Source: an uncultured Gammaproteobacteria bacterium | Lineage (GTDB): Bacteria; Patescibacteriota; Patescibacteriia; Magasanikbacterales; GWA2-37-8 | Direction of reading: 5' to 3' | NCBI GenBank assembly: GCA_964533715.1 | Contig: CAZHNI010000004.1 | Location: 13,741-77,740, forward strand | Length of the DNA stretch: 64,000 nucleotides | In this document: positions 47,932 through 57,746 of the stretch, in pieces | How the letters are laid out: each line of letters begins with the position of its first letter | Numbering within the stretch: position 1 is the first letter of the stretch | Translations under genes and position numbers: made by a program | The notes under the pieces: generated by a model | What the model was told of the DNA's origin: nothing | Database searches by the model: none | What the model saw: the letters and a program-made list of their open reading frames with translations, nothing else

Positions 47932-48964
47932 GGTTTTTATGCTCATATATTTTTTTTGCTCCCTCGCTCTCGCATCCGTAACCACGGTTTTGGTCCGCAA
48001 AATTGCCAACCGGTTCAAGGTTGTTGATGTCCCAAATCAAGATCGTAAAACACACTCAGGTCCAGTAGCTCTTCTTGGCGGCGTTGGTATCTTTTTTTCT
48101 TTTTGGGGAATTATTTTTTTTATTTTGCGGTGGCACCAAATCAACGGCATTGAACTTTTATTTCCAAAATTAGAAGCGGCCTTTTTGGGTAGTTTTATTT
48201 TACTCTTAATTGGTATTGCGGATGATATTCGCCCTTTTTCCGCCCGGGCACGGTTAACTATTGTGTCGGTTGCTGTTTTAATTACCGTGCTCTCTGGCGG
48301 CGGACTCGAAAGAATTACTAATCCATTTGGTGGATTTATAAATCTTGGTTTATTTGTTGGGTATTTTTTTGTTTTTGCTTGGCTCATGGGCATGACCTAC
48401 ACCACCAAAATTTTGGATGGGCTCGACGGCCTAGCGAGCGGTGTTGTTTTAATTGGGTCACTTCTTATTTATGCGGTTACGGCTACGCGTCAATTTTATC
48501 AGCCCAATGTAGGTCTTGTGGCTATTATTTTTGCCGGTGTGTGCGCCGGATTTTTAATTTTTAATTTTTCACCAGCGTCAATTTTTTTAGGTGAATCGGG
48601 TAGCCTGTTTATTGGGTTTATGCTGGGGGTGCTTGCGGTAATTGGCGGAGGTAAACTCGCCACGGCGCTACTCGTTATGGCGGTACCTATTTTTGATTTG
48701 GCCCGGGTTATGTATGTTCGCTTAAGGCGAGGCAAGCCCCTTTTTGAGGGGGACCGAGAGCATCTGCATTTTCAGCTTCGTGATTTGGGTTGGTCGGAGC
48801 GTCAAGTGGTTTTTTCTTATTATGCCATTGCTACTCTGTTTGGTTTAACTACCTTGTTTTTACAAAGTTATCAAAAAATTGTAGCACTCATTGTTTTATT
48901 GGTAGTCATGGTCGGTTTTGGTTGGTATGTTGGGTCGCGCAAGTATAGTAACAAAAAACAATAA
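47921..48964 (+). CDS. polyprenyl-phosphate N-acetylhexosamine-1-phosphate transferase (WecA/TagO-MraY superfamily, GT4)
   Basis: 10 to 11 TM helices. The N-terminus RKIANRFKVVDVPNQDRKTHSGPVALLGG is WecA-like, and the DGLDGLA motif is present. Confidence 0.7.
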   Translation: MSNKVFMLIYFFCSLALASVTTVLVRKIANRFKVVDVPNQDRKTHSGPVALLGGVGIFFSFWGIIFFILRWHQINGIELLFPKLEAAFLGSFILLLIGIADDIRPFSARARLTIVSVAVLITVLSGGGLERITNPFGGFINLGLFVGYFFVFAWLMGMTYTTKILDGLDGLASGVVLIGSLLIYAVTATRQFYQPNVGLVAIIFAGVCAGFLIFNFSPASIFLGESGSLFIGFMLGVLAVIGGGKLATALLVMAVPIFDLARVMYVRLRRGKPLFEGDREHLHFQLRDLGWSERQVVFSYYAIATLFGLTTLFLQSYQKIVALIVLLVVMVGFGWYVGSRKYSNKKQ

Positions 48965-49445
48965 TATGTTGTTTAAAAAAAATAAAAATTTGGAATTAAA
49001 AAAATGGCATGTGTATTTTTTAGGCTTACTGATTATTTTTGCTATCGGTTATAAAATTTCGCAAAATGTGTGGGCCAAGGGGTTTGTAAATATTCGTGGG
49101 CAAACCATTCGCGTTCTTGTTGCTAATAATTTTATGCATCGCTACAAGGGTTGGAGTAATCGTGACTCTATGGGTAACTACGGCGGGATGCTTTTTGTTT
49201 TTCCTACACGTGAACAACATACTATGGTTATGCGTCATATGCGATTCCCCCTGGATATTATTTGGATAGATAATGGGGTTATAATAGATATTGCCCCAAA
49301 TTTACCTCCAGATTTAGCAAAAAATGAAACTGATTTGAAACAATATTCGGCTCGGTTGCCATCCTCAGCGGTTTTGGAAGTTCCGGCTGGTTTTGTGGCG
49401 AAGTATGGGCTTAAAATTGGGGATGCTATTAAAATGAGTGACTAG
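48918..49445 (+). CDS. DUF192 domain protein
   Basis: MRFPLDIIWIDNGVIIDI...VLEVPAGF matches DUF192. Confidence 0.7.
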   Translation: MVGMLGRASIVTKNNNMLFKKNKNLELKKWHVYFLGLLIIFAIGYKISQNVWAKGFVNIRGQTIRVLVANNFMHRYKGWSNRDSMGNYGGMLFVFPTREQHTMVMRHMRFPLDIIWIDNGVIIDIAPNLPPDLAKNETDLKQYSARLPSSAVLEVPAGFVAKYGLKIGDAIKMSD

Positions 49446-49484
49446 CAAGGTTTAACCTTGACGTTTTTTTAATGGTGGTGTATA

Positions 49485-49826
49485 ATGGGCACACTTATTA
49501 CTAATCTTCGGATTTTCTATATGTTGGCAGTAATTGCTACCGGCGGCAAGCAATATCTTGTTAAAACCGGTGATACTCTCAAAATCGAAAAAATTGTCGG
49601 CAATGCAGGCGATAAAATTACTTTTGATCAGGTGTTTTTAACTGCAGAAGATGATGGTTCAAATATAAAAGTTGGCACACCAACGGTTGTGGGCGTAAAA
49701 GTTTTGGCCACAATTGTAAAACAAGGCAGATACAAAACAGTGCGTGCCGAAAAGTTTAAGCGCAAAGTTCGTTACCACAAAGTAACCGGCCTACGCCAAC
49801 CATTTACGGAAGTAAAAATTGACTAA
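49485..49826 (+). CDS. rplU: 50S ribosomal protein L21
   Basis: MLAVIATGGKQYLVKTGDTLKIEKI matches the L21 N-terminus. Confidence 0.9.
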   Translation: MGTLITNLRIFYMLAVIATGGKQYLVKTGDTLKIEKIVGNAGDKITFDQVFLTAEDDGSNIKVGTPTVVGVKVLATIVKQGRYKTVRAEKFKRKVRYHKVTGLRQPFTEVKID

Positions 49827-49834
49827 AATTTTAC

Positions 49835-49870
49835 AAAAAAATCCGGTGCCCTAAGGCCCGGATTTTTTTT
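49835..49870. terminator. bidirectional terminator (A6-ATCCGGTGCC-CTAA-GGCCCGGAT-T8) between rplU and recR
   Basis: Strong hairpin with an A-run upstream and a T-run downstream. It overlaps the recR stop. Confidence 0.65.
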
Positions 49871-50462
49871 GTAAACGATTTTGAATTGCGCTCGCAAGTG
49901 TTATTTCGTCGGCGTAGCGCAAGTCGCTCCCCATGGGTAGGCCCCGCGCGAGGCGGGAAATAGCGAGTCTGGGATTAAGAGCGCGCAATTCTTTCTCCAA
50001 AAAAAGTGCGGTGGTCTCTCCGGCAACGTCCGGGCTAAACGCCAAAATTATTTCGTGTACACCATTTTTTACAGCTCGTTGTTTTAGTTCGCGTATTTTT
50101 AGTCTGTGAATATGCTCTATGTCGGTCGCATCAAGCAAACCGCGCAGCACATGGTACATTCCTTTGTATTCATGAGTTCGTTCAATGGCTGCCACGTCCT
50201 GTGAATCGGCTACAACACAAATAGTGGTATGATCTCGTTTGGGGTCACTACAAATAACGCATGGATTTTTGTCACTAAAATCCCAGCACTCTTCACAACT
50301 TTTTACATTTTCAAGCAGTTCATCAAGCGCCTCAATCATTTCGGAGACTTCTTTTTTGCCCGATTTTAATAAATAAAAAACAAACCGTTCGGCAGTACGA
50401 GTACCAACTGTTGGCAGTTTTTTAAAGGCATTAATTAGTTTAGTTATCGGTGGAGAATACAT
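49851..50462 (-). CDS. recR: recombination protein RecR
   Basis: Has an HhH region, a C4 zinc finger (CEECWDFSDKNPCVICSD) and a Toprim domain. Confidence 0.9.
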   Translation of the reverse strand: MYSPPITKLINAFKKLPTVGTRTAERFVFYLLKSGKKEVSEMIEALDELLENVKSCEECWDFSDKNPCVICSDPKRDHTTICVVADSQDVAAIERTHEYKGMYHVLRGLLDATDIEHIHRLKIRELKQRAVKNGVHEIILAFSPDVAGETTALFLEKELRALNPRLAISRLARGLPMGSDLRYADEITLASAIQNRLQKKSGP

Positions 50463-50547
50463 ACCAGTACTAAGCCGGTAAGTGTTAAGAACGTTTTCAG
50501 GGTATCTTAGGTAGTGTCTTAAATTTGGGGCTTACCTGGCTTGGCTT

Positions 50548-50874
50548 CTACCCAATACTTGGCATGCCTGGCATGCCGCCCATTTCTTGCATCTTGGCTG
50601 CAATAATTCGTTGCATTTTTTTCAACGCGTCGCCGTGAGCTTCTTTAATGGCGGCTTCTAGTTTGGTTTTAAACCCAGGAGATAATACTTCAGGATCAAT
50701 AACAAGGCCGGTAATTTGTAAATTACCATCCATAGTTAAAAGAACTTTATCGCCCATTGTTCGTACTGTTACTGTTTCACCAGCCAATGCGCCTTGGAGT
50801 TTCTTGCCCTGTTCACGTAAATCTTTGAACTGTTTGAGTTTTGAAAATACGGACATATGAATTTCCTTTCGCAA
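50548..50874 (-). CDS. ybaB: nucleoid-associated protein YbaB/EbfC
   Basis: ~100 aa with the YbaB pattern and a Gly/Met-rich C-terminal tail. Pairs with recR as is common. Confidence 0.8.
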   Translation of the reverse strand: MRKEIHMSVFSKLKQFKDLREQGKKLQGALAGETVTVRTMGDKVLLTMDGNLQITGLVIDPEVLSPGFKTKLEAAIKEAHGDALKKMQRIIAAKMQEMGGMPGMPSIG

Positions 50875-50983
50875 GCGAATTTATCTCGCAATAAATTCGG
50901 TCCAGAGCGAATCGCAATGAGCGATGAACATCCTCATGAACCGGAAATAACGGAGAAGATTCCTTGGAATAATAATTAATAAA

Positions 50984-52435
50984 TTAAAATTGTGGAATTG
51001 GTGGGGGAGAAGATTCAACTGGTTTAGCAAAAGCGGATTTTGGTTTTAAAGCTCCCGAGCTCTGGTCGTTATAGTGTGTTTCTAAATTCCTAAACGAAGC
51101 TAGAGTTTCGTTAAAAGCAACTTTAACGAGTCCGGTAGGACCATTGCGATGCTTGGCGATATGAATTTCTGCCAGATTTCTTTCATCCGGCGGTATGTCT
51201 TCCATTCGGTAGTTACGATCGGCTGATTTGCGATAAATAAAAATGACGACGTCAGCATCCTGTTCAATGGAACCAGATTCGCGCAGGTGTGAAAGTTTTG
51301 GAATAGCTGGTTTACTTTGTTCCACCACGCGTGAAAGCTGAGAGAGCGCCAGAACCGGAATGTTAAGCTCACGCGCAATACCTTTAAGGCCACGAGTAAT
51401 TTCGGCAATTTCTTGGGTACGGTTATCGTTAGAGGAATGCGATTCCATAAGCTGTAAATAGTCTACCACAATAAGACCAAGTCCATGCTCTGCCTGGAGA
51501 CGTCGCGCTTTTGTTCTAATTTGCATTATATTTACATTGGGGGCGTCATCAATAAAAATAGGCGATTCGGATAAAACACCAATTGCGTGTCCAATGCGCG
51601 GGAAATCATCATCTTCTGGTCGGTCAGAAAGCCTGCCGGTGCGCATTTTCCACAAATCAACGCCAGCTTCGGAGCAAAGCATTCTATCAACTAGTTGTTC
51701 TTTGCTCATTTCAAGAGAGAACAGCCCAACCGGCACTTTTTGTTTGGTGGCAACATTGCGTACAATATCGAGGGCAAATGAAGTTTTTCCAACACTCGGG
51801 CGGGCGGCCAAAATAACCAAATCAGATTTTTGAAGGCCGGCTAATAAATTATCGAGCTGTTTAAAACCGGTTGGTACGCCGCGCAGTTGCCCTTTATTTT
51901 TGTGCAATTCGTCAATGCGGTCAAAAGCATCCGCAAGCACCCCGCGAATGGGGGTAAAAGCCTGTTTAAAATAAATATTGGAAACTCCAAATAAATGACG
52001 TTGGGCCTCGTCAAGCAATTCTTCAATGTTATCTTGTTCTTCGAGGTAGGCTAAGCGGGAAATTTCGTATGACGAAGTTAACAGCCGTCGCCGAGTAGCT
52101 TTGCGATGAATAATATGGCCATAATTTACCACGTTTGAGGCTGTTGGCACGGCGTTGGTGAGGGCAGCGAGGTATGCTCTGCCACCAATCATCTCTAAAT
52201 GCCCTTTTTCTTCCAACCGAGTTGAGAGAGTCAAAAGATCAATGGGGTCATTTTTGCCGTAAAGTTCTAAAATACATTCAAAAATTTTAACATGAGCATT
52301 TTTATAAAAATCTTCCGGCGTTACGATATCAGCCACCTTAAGAATTGCTTCTTTATCAATTAAAAGCGAGCCTAAAAAAGACATTTCGGCTTCCAAACTT
52401 TGCGGCGGAATTTTTTCAATTTCATCTGTGGGCAT
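50984..52435 (-). CDS. dnaB: replicative DNA helicase DnaB
   Basis: Has the N-terminal domain (SLEAEMSFLGSLLID), Walker A (ARPSVGKTSFALDI) and the RecA-like C-terminus. Confidence 0.9.
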   Translation of the reverse strand: MPTDEIEKIPPQSLEAEMSFLGSLLIDKEAILKVADIVTPEDFYKNAHVKIFECILELYGKNDPIDLLTLSTRLEEKGHLEMIGGRAYLAALTNAVPTASNVVNYGHIIHRKATRRRLLTSSYEISRLAYLEEQDNIEELLDEAQRHLFGVSNIYFKQAFTPIRGVLADAFDRIDELHKNKGQLRGVPTGFKQLDNLLAGLQKSDLVILAARPSVGKTSFALDIVRNVATKQKVPVGLFSLEMSKEQLVDRMLCSEAGVDLWKMRTGRLSDRPEDDDFPRIGHAIGVLSESPIFIDDAPNVNIMQIRTKARRLQAEHGLGLIVVDYLQLMESHSSNDNRTQEIAEITRGLKGIARELNIPVLALSQLSRVVEQSKPAIPKLSHLRESGSIEQDADVVIFIYRKSADRNYRMEDIPPDERNLAEIHIAKHRNGPTGLVKVAFNETLASFRNLETHYNDQSSGALKPKSAFAKPVESSPPPIPQF

Positions 52436-52590
52436 ACTTTAGCAGTTAGTTGTGGTATGGTAGCCGAAGTACAGTCTTTCGGCAAGGGCAAACGTGTGTA
52501 TTAATTGGGGGTATTTTGTGCAAAAAAGAACGCCCCCCTCCTTCTTTTTTTAAGATTTGCTTGGTATACTGTGAGTACCCGCGTTATTAT

Positions 52591-54378
52591 ATGATTATTC
52601 GAAAAAGCAGTATCGGTATTTTTTTGACTACCTATATAGCGTCAGTCGCATATGGGTTTTATCTTTTGTTCGCTGCTCGTACCGGGGGAGCAATTACTTC
52701 TCCTTGGCAAACCATTGCCCCGCGGTATGTTGTGGTATTTTTTTTAGCGACAGCAATTTTGGGAAGTCTAATTTTTTTACGTTTAAAAACAAGTATCATT
52801 TTATTTTTTTTAATTCTTCACTCACTGCTGTTGCACAGTTATTTGCCGTTAACTCATCAGCTTCTCTACGGTGCCGACCAATGGCGTCACATGGCAGTTG
52901 AGACGCGAATAGCGTCCGGTCTTCCTTTTTTAACCCCAACTTTGGCGAATGGGCAAACCGGTAGTTTTATAAACAATTTTGTTGGTCGTGTGGGCTATAG
53001 TAATTTATGGTACCTCAGTGCCGGGCTCTCTTTTTTTAAATTAAGTTTACTCGATATTAACAAATGGTTGGTACCAATTTTGTGGTCAATTTTTTTCCCG
53101 CTTCTTTTTTACACACTGCTCAAACAAACCGGCTGGTTTGAAAAAAGAACCGCTCTTGTTATTGTTTGGCTTTCGGCTTTGCCATTTACCTGGCAGGTAA
53201 ATGGCTCCTTAACACTTCCGGTGAGTTTAGGATTTTTATTTTTTCTTGGCGCACTCATTTTATTGATCGTACACTTCCAAACCAACTCAAAAATACATTT
53301 GGTTTGGATTGCGCTGGCCGAAATTATTTTATTGTTTAATTACCCACTGTACGCGGTGCTATTTTTTATTTTTTGGCTCAGCGGTGAATTATTGTTCTAT
53401 CGTAAAGTGATTATAAGCGCTGGCGTTAAAAAAGTTGTTACCGGTTTGATATGGCTTTTCGTTGCGCTCAGCATACCAACTGTAGAATTGGTTGCCGGTT
53501 ACAGCACTTTAAAACAACCAATGTCTTTTTTAAAATCCACCGTTCATGTCATTAGTACCTTTTTAGCTCTGCCACTCGCCAAGGGCCCTCCGCCAAACGA
53601 CACGCTGGAAGGCAATATTATTTTTAATCAAATTCCGCGAGTGGCTTTCGTGCCAAACATATTTACCAATTGGCGCTCCTGGATTCCGGTTTTTTTATTA
53701 GCATTTTGGCTCGCAGTTTTTTATGGAGGAAAAAAATTAATTAAAACGGGTTGGCTCGGCTCCTGGTGGGTGCTTTGTGGAAGTGCCGGTTTATTCGGGT
53801 ATATTCTTAGTCGTTATTTTTTGGTAGGGGAGCAGGTGTTGTCGCGGCGTCTGGATTCTACAATTGCGCTGTTTGCTATTGTGCTTTGTGGCAAAGCATT
53901 GGCCGATTGGCTAAATTCACAAAAAATGAACGTTCCCATTATAAAAGTTTTAATTGTAGGTATTTTTTCAATTGCCATTGCCGCTTCATATTCGTTGGGG
54001 CCAGACACAAACGCGGTAAGCCTTGATGAATACCACGCCATGCAATATGTTTGGCAGCAAGAAAAAAACGAAACAAAACATTGTGTCATTGCAGATACGT
54101 ACCCGCTTCTTGCCCTGGAAGCAATTTCGGCTCGGCAAATTATTGGTGGTGGTTTTCCAATTAATTCTACTTTTGCGCAGCCAGAGCGTTCAGCCTTGTT
54201 TAGTTGGGCTTTGGGCAACAATATCGATTGGCTGTCTGCGCACAGTTTAACGGGCGCTCAAAATTGTTGGCTCGTGGTAGGGAATAAAAAACAGTATATA
54301 AATAATAATGAACAGCCGTGCGGTTTATTTAAAAATTTTGGTGGCACAATAGTTTGGCGTGAAGGTTCTTGTAAATAG
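52591..54378 (+). CDS. large polytopic membrane protein (possible GT-C-like glycosyltransferase or polymerase)
   Basis: Has at least 12 TM helices. The ORF track starts at 52450, but the first 47 codons look like non-coding leader and an ATG at 52591 is preferred. Confidence 0.4.
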   Translation: MIIRKSSIGIFLTTYIASVAYGFYLLFAARTGGAITSPWQTIAPRYVVVFFLATAILGSLIFLRLKTSIILFFLILHSLLLHSYLPLTHQLLYGADQWRHMAVETRIASGLPFLTPTLANGQTGSFINNFVGRVGYSNLWYLSAGLSFFKLSLLDINKWLVPILWSIFFPLLFYTLLKQTGWFEKRTALVIVWLSALPFTWQVNGSLTLPVSLGFLFFLGALILLIVHFQTNSKIHLVWIALAEIILLFNYPLYAVLFFIFWLSGELLFYRKVIISAGVKKVVTGLIWLFVALSIPTVELVAGYSTLKQPMSFLKSTVHVISTFLALPLAKGPPPNDTLEGNIIFNQIPRVAFVPNIFTNWRSWIPVFLLAFWLAVFYGGKKLIKTGWLGSWWVLCGSAGLFGYILSRYFLVGEQVLSRRLDSTIALFAIVLCGKALADWLNSQKMNVPIIKVLIVGIFSIAIAASYSLGPDTNAVSLDEYHAMQYVWQQEKNETKHCVIADTYPLLALEAISARQIIGGGFPINSTFAQPERSALFSWALGNNIDWLSAHSLTGAQNCWLVVGNKKQYINNNEQPCGLFKNFGGTIVWREGSCK

Positions 54379-54814
54379 ACTATTAACATGTTATCTTTTT
54401 ATGCATATGAATGAGTGTTTGTTTTGTAAAATTGTTGTTGGTACTATTCCAAATTACACTGTTTATGAAGATGAAAACGTGTTGGCATTTTTAGATATTC
54501 ATCCGTGCAGCAAAGGTCATACCGTAGTTATTCCTAAAAAACATTTTAACAACGTACAAGAAATGAGTTCCGGAGAGTGGCTGAGTTTAATGACGGGAGT
54601 CCGGTTAGCTATGGAAAAAGTCCAAAATACTTTGAATCCAGGTGGCCTGAATATGGGTATTAACGATCGACCAGTAGCCGGGCAAGCGGTGGGCCATGTG
54701 CATTGGCATATTATTCCGCGTTACGTCGGTGATGGCGGTGGCTCAATGCACTCAATAGTTCGGAGCAAAAAGAGCGAGGCGGTAGAAGAGGTGGCCAAGT
54801 TATTTTTTAGATAG
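54359..54814 (+). CDS. HIT family hydrolase
   Basis: Histidine triad GHVHWHIIPR. The likely start is the internal ATG near 54398. Confidence 0.8.
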   Translation: MKVLVNRLLTCYLFMHMNECLFCKIVVGTIPNYTVYEDENVLAFLDIHPCSKGHTVVIPKKHFNNVQEMSSGEWLSLMTGVRLAMEKVQNTLNPGGLNMGINDRPVAGQAVGHVHWHIIPRYVGDGGGSMHSIVRSKKSEAVEEVAKLFFR

Positions 54815-54820
54815 TTTAAC

Positions 54821-55360
54821 ATGACGCAACCTTATAAAAAAATCTCAACCGAAGTTATTCATCATAATCCGTGGTGGAAGTATTGTCACGATCGGTATGT
54901 ATTGCCTGGAAATGGTGAAGGTGATTATTTTTATGGAGAAAAAGTTGGCGGAGTTATTATTATTCCTGTTCTCGATGATGGCAAGCTTCTTTTGGTTCGC
55001 CAGTATCGTTATTTACAAGAAAAGTTTTCGCTTGAATTTCCGCGTGGCGGTATTGAAACAGATGAAACACCGCTCGTTGCAGCCCAGCGCGAATTTTTGG
55101 AAGAGACGGGGCAATCAGCCAGTAGCTACATTCATATTGGTACGTTTGAGCCTTCGTGTGGGTTATTTAAGGAACCAATGCACGTATTTATAGCTAGTGG
55201 TATAGCGCCTTCTGTGGCAGAATCTGAAGACCAGACCGAAGCTATTGAAACACTTTCACGCCGAGTTGATGAGCTGGAAGATATTATTAAGCGTGGTGAA
55301 ATTTGGGATGGAGAAACTTTAGCGGCGTGGGGGTTAGCACGTTTTAATTTTGTACATTAA
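54821..55360 (+). CDS. NUDIX hydrolase
   Basis: Nudix box GGIETDETPLVAAQREFLEETG. Confidence 0.8.
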   Translation: MTQPYKKISTEVIHHNPWWKYCHDRYVLPGNGEGDYFYGEKVGGVIIIPVLDDGKLLLVRQYRYLQEKFSLEFPRGGIETDETPLVAAQREFLEETGQSASSYIHIGTFEPSCGLFKEPMHVFIASGIAPSVAESEDQTEAIETLSRRVDELEDIIKRGEIWDGETLAAWGLARFNFVH

Positions 55361-56600
55361 TTATATGGGAGAAGGAAATCGCCCTGGTATGGAATTCATG
55401 ATGCCAAAACGTCATATTCCCGACATAGCGAAAGCTACTCTTTTGGCAACAACGCTCGCCGTAGGGGCAGATTGTGGTCCAACTGATGAAAAAAGAGAAG
55501 AAAGCCATTCCGGCGCTCATGAAAAAAAGACACGCCCCACAGAAAAGAAAAAGCCTGATGTCCCTGTAGAGAAAAAACCAGAAAAAAAAGATTCATCCAA
55601 GTCTCTCGAGAAAAAAGAAAAAAAATCAGAAAAATTGCCTGCCATTGAGTTGGGTGGAACAATATTGGGGAAAGAATTTTCCCACTCATTAGAACATATT
55701 TCAGAAACGCAAAATCTCACGACCGCTGATAAAAAAAGAGCGATCGCGCGCTGGAATGGAATTGTGGGTGAGGTAAGAACTAAATTACTGCATGATAAAT
55801 ATCATGCTAAAAGTTTTAAAGACAAAACCCCCAAAGAATTTTTTGATAAATGGCTCTCTTCAGAAATTGGCAAAGAAACTATTCGTCTATTAACAAAATA
55901 TTGCGATGGCCAAGACGGTCGCCCTGGTCCAGAATATCGCAACATGTTTTTGGCGTTAATTATTATTGAGAGTGATGGCAACCCCAATTTGGTGCAGCCT
56001 GGTTCGGGAGCAATTGGGTTGTCTCAGGCAATGCCAGAAGTGGCGGTGGATATTGGAATTATTCCAAGCCAAGGAGATAAAGATAAACTAAAAGATCCGG
56101 AAACCAATATCAAATATCTTATTAAATTATGGTGGAAAATGTACCATGAAGATGAACATCGTGGTTTTGGGTATGCCACTTCAATTGCCTATAATGAAGG
56201 TGAGGGTAATTTTAAGCATCAATTACGGGTAATTGGCGAGGATATTTTAAAAATAGGGCGTATTAATGACGATTCGGTGGTAAAAAAAGTTTTAGGAAGA
56301 ATGACACCTGCGCGATTATATCACATTTTTAAGACCCATAAATTTAGAAGCATGGTGCACCCGGAGAATGGCCCACGCAGTTATCTAGATAGTGCGCGGT
56401 ATGCAGTAAATATAGCAGTCATAGAGAGGCATCTTTCTCAGCGTCTCGCTCCCAAACCGGCTAAAAAGAAAAGTATTGCCCTACCCAAAAGTACGCCGAA
56501 AAAAATAATCCCTCATGAAGCTGCGCAAAATAAATTTACAAAACCAAATCCTGGCACTCGTCGCTCCGTTAAACCGGTTAATCGTTCGCGAGGTCGTTAG
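55350..56600 (+). CDS. lytic transglycosylase (SLT domain) with K/E-rich N-terminal region
   Basis: IIIESDGNPNLVQPGSGAIGLSQAMPE matches the SLT catalytic motif (ES...GLMQ). Confidence 0.7.
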   Translation: MYINYMGEGNRPGMEFMMPKRHIPDIAKATLLATTLAVGADCGPTDEKREESHSGAHEKKTRPTEKKKPDVPVEKKPEKKDSSKSLEKKEKKSEKLPAIELGGTILGKEFSHSLEHISETQNLTTADKKRAIARWNGIVGEVRTKLLHDKYHAKSFKDKTPKEFFDKWLSSEIGKETIRLLTKYCDGQDGRPGPEYRNMFLALIIIESDGNPNLVQPGSGAIGLSQAMPEVAVDIGIIPSQGDKDKLKDPETNIKYLIKLWWKMYHEDEHRGFGYATSIAYNEGEGNFKHQLRVIGEDILKIGRINDDSVVKKVLGRMTPARLYHIFKTHKFRSMVHPENGPRSYLDSARYAVNIAVIERHLSQRLAPKPAKKKSIALPKSTPKKIIPHEAAQNKFTKPNPGTRRSVKPVNRSRGR

Positions 56601-56609
56601 TAGCATTAT

Positions 56610-57185
56610 ATGAAACAGATTGGTATTGGTTTAAGTGTTTTACTGTTTGTAGTTCTATCGGTCTGGGCTAGCCAAAATTTTTCTCCTCAGAAACAAAATT
56701 CTGGTACAAAATTTTCTGATAATATAACTACGACACCACGACAGATAGCACGGCGTTTAACCAAAACTAATACCATAACCATGCCAGCAGACAGTGTTTT
56801 GGTAAAAAGAGTTGTTGACGGCGACACTATTGAACTTGAGAGTGGAGAGAAAGTTCGCTATATTGGTATTAATACTCCGGAGACAGTCGATGCGCGCAAA
56901 CCAGTACAATGTTTTGGCAAAGAGGCCTCGGAATATAATAAAAATTTGGTAGAAGGGGAAGCAGTCAATTTAGTAAAAGATATTTCTAATGTCGATCGGT
57001 ATGGTCGTTTGCTCCGCTACGTGTATTTGAAGAATGGTATATTTGTAAATCTCAAATTGGTGCAGGAAGGATATGCGTATGCCGCAACTTTTCCTCCCGA
57101 TGTGCGCTATAGTCAATTATTTAAAAACGCTGCTGCGGAAGCAGAGAGCAACAAGCGCGGCCTCTGGGCAGCTTGTAAAAATTAA
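56610..57185 (+). CDS. secreted thermonuclease (SNase-like)
   Basis: Signal peptide, plus the SNase motif VVDGDTIELESGEKVRYIGINTPE...RYGRLL. Confidence 0.8.
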   Translation: MKQIGIGLSVLLFVVLSVWASQNFSPQKQNSGTKFSDNITTTPRQIARRLTKTNTITMPADSVLVKRVVDGDTIELESGEKVRYIGINTPETVDARKPVQCFGKEASEYNKNLVEGEAVNLVKDISNVDRYGRLLRYVYLKNGIFVNLKLVQEGYAYAATFPPDVRYSQLFKNAAAEAESNKRGLWAACKN

Positions 57186-57193
57186 TTATAATT

Positions 57194-57685
57194 ATGAAAA
57201 TTAATAAAACCAAAAAATACACTGCACTTCTAAAAACTTTGGCTGGGGATATTGTAATTGAACTTTCCGCCAGCAAGACCCCAATTACGGTAAATAATTT
57301 TGTGGAGTTGGCTCAGAAAAATTTTTATGATGACACTATTTTCCACCGTGTTATTAAGGGGTTCATGATTCAGGGCGGTGACCCACTTGGTAATGGCACG
57401 GGTGGACCTGGGTATCGCTTTGACGACGAGCCGTTTGATGGCGAATACACGCGCGGTACCTTGGCTATGGCCAATGCTGGCCCCAATACCAATGGAAGCC
57501 AATTTTTTATCATGCACGCAGATGTTGCGCTTCCAAAAAATTATGTTATTTTTGGTAAAGTGGTTAAAGGGCTTGAGGTAGTAGACGCAATTGCTAATGC
57601 ACCAGTTATGTACGGTGCGAGTGGCGAAGCCTCGCAGCCGGTGAGTCCGGTAACAGTACAGACAGTAGAAATAATTGAAGAATAA
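57194..57685 (+). CDS. peptidyl-prolyl cis-trans isomerase, cyclophilin type
   Basis: FHRVIKGFMIQGGDP...GTGGPGY...GTLAMANAGPNTNGSQFFI. Confidence 0.9.
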   Translation: MKINKTKKYTALLKTLAGDIVIELSASKTPITVNNFVELAQKNFYDDTIFHRVIKGFMIQGGDPLGNGTGGPGYRFDDEPFDGEYTRGTLAMANAGPNTNGSQFFIMHADVALPKNYVIFGKVVKGLEVVDAIANAPVMYGASGEASQPVSPVTVQTVEIIEE

Positions 57686-57693
57686 TTTGTTAA

Positions 57694-57731
57694 CTGTCAT
57701 TTCACTGCGCTACGCTCCAGTCGGAATGACA
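57694..57731. repeat. palindromic mini-element, minimal form (copy 6; ACTGTCATTTCACTGCGCTACGCTCCAGTCGGAATGACAAT)
   Basis: Only the terminal arms plus a short core. The right arm contains an in-frame ATG for the downstream gene. Confidence 0.7.
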
Positions 57732-57746
57732 ATTAAAGTAATTTGT

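Noticed and set aside
50875-50983. SRP RNA (ffs) upstream of ybaB-recR, as in many firmicute-like arrangements
   Set aside because: The minus-strand sequence lacks the conserved domain IV loop motifs. It shows only a short hairpin (CGAATTTAT-TGCGAG-ATAAATTCG) next to the RBS.
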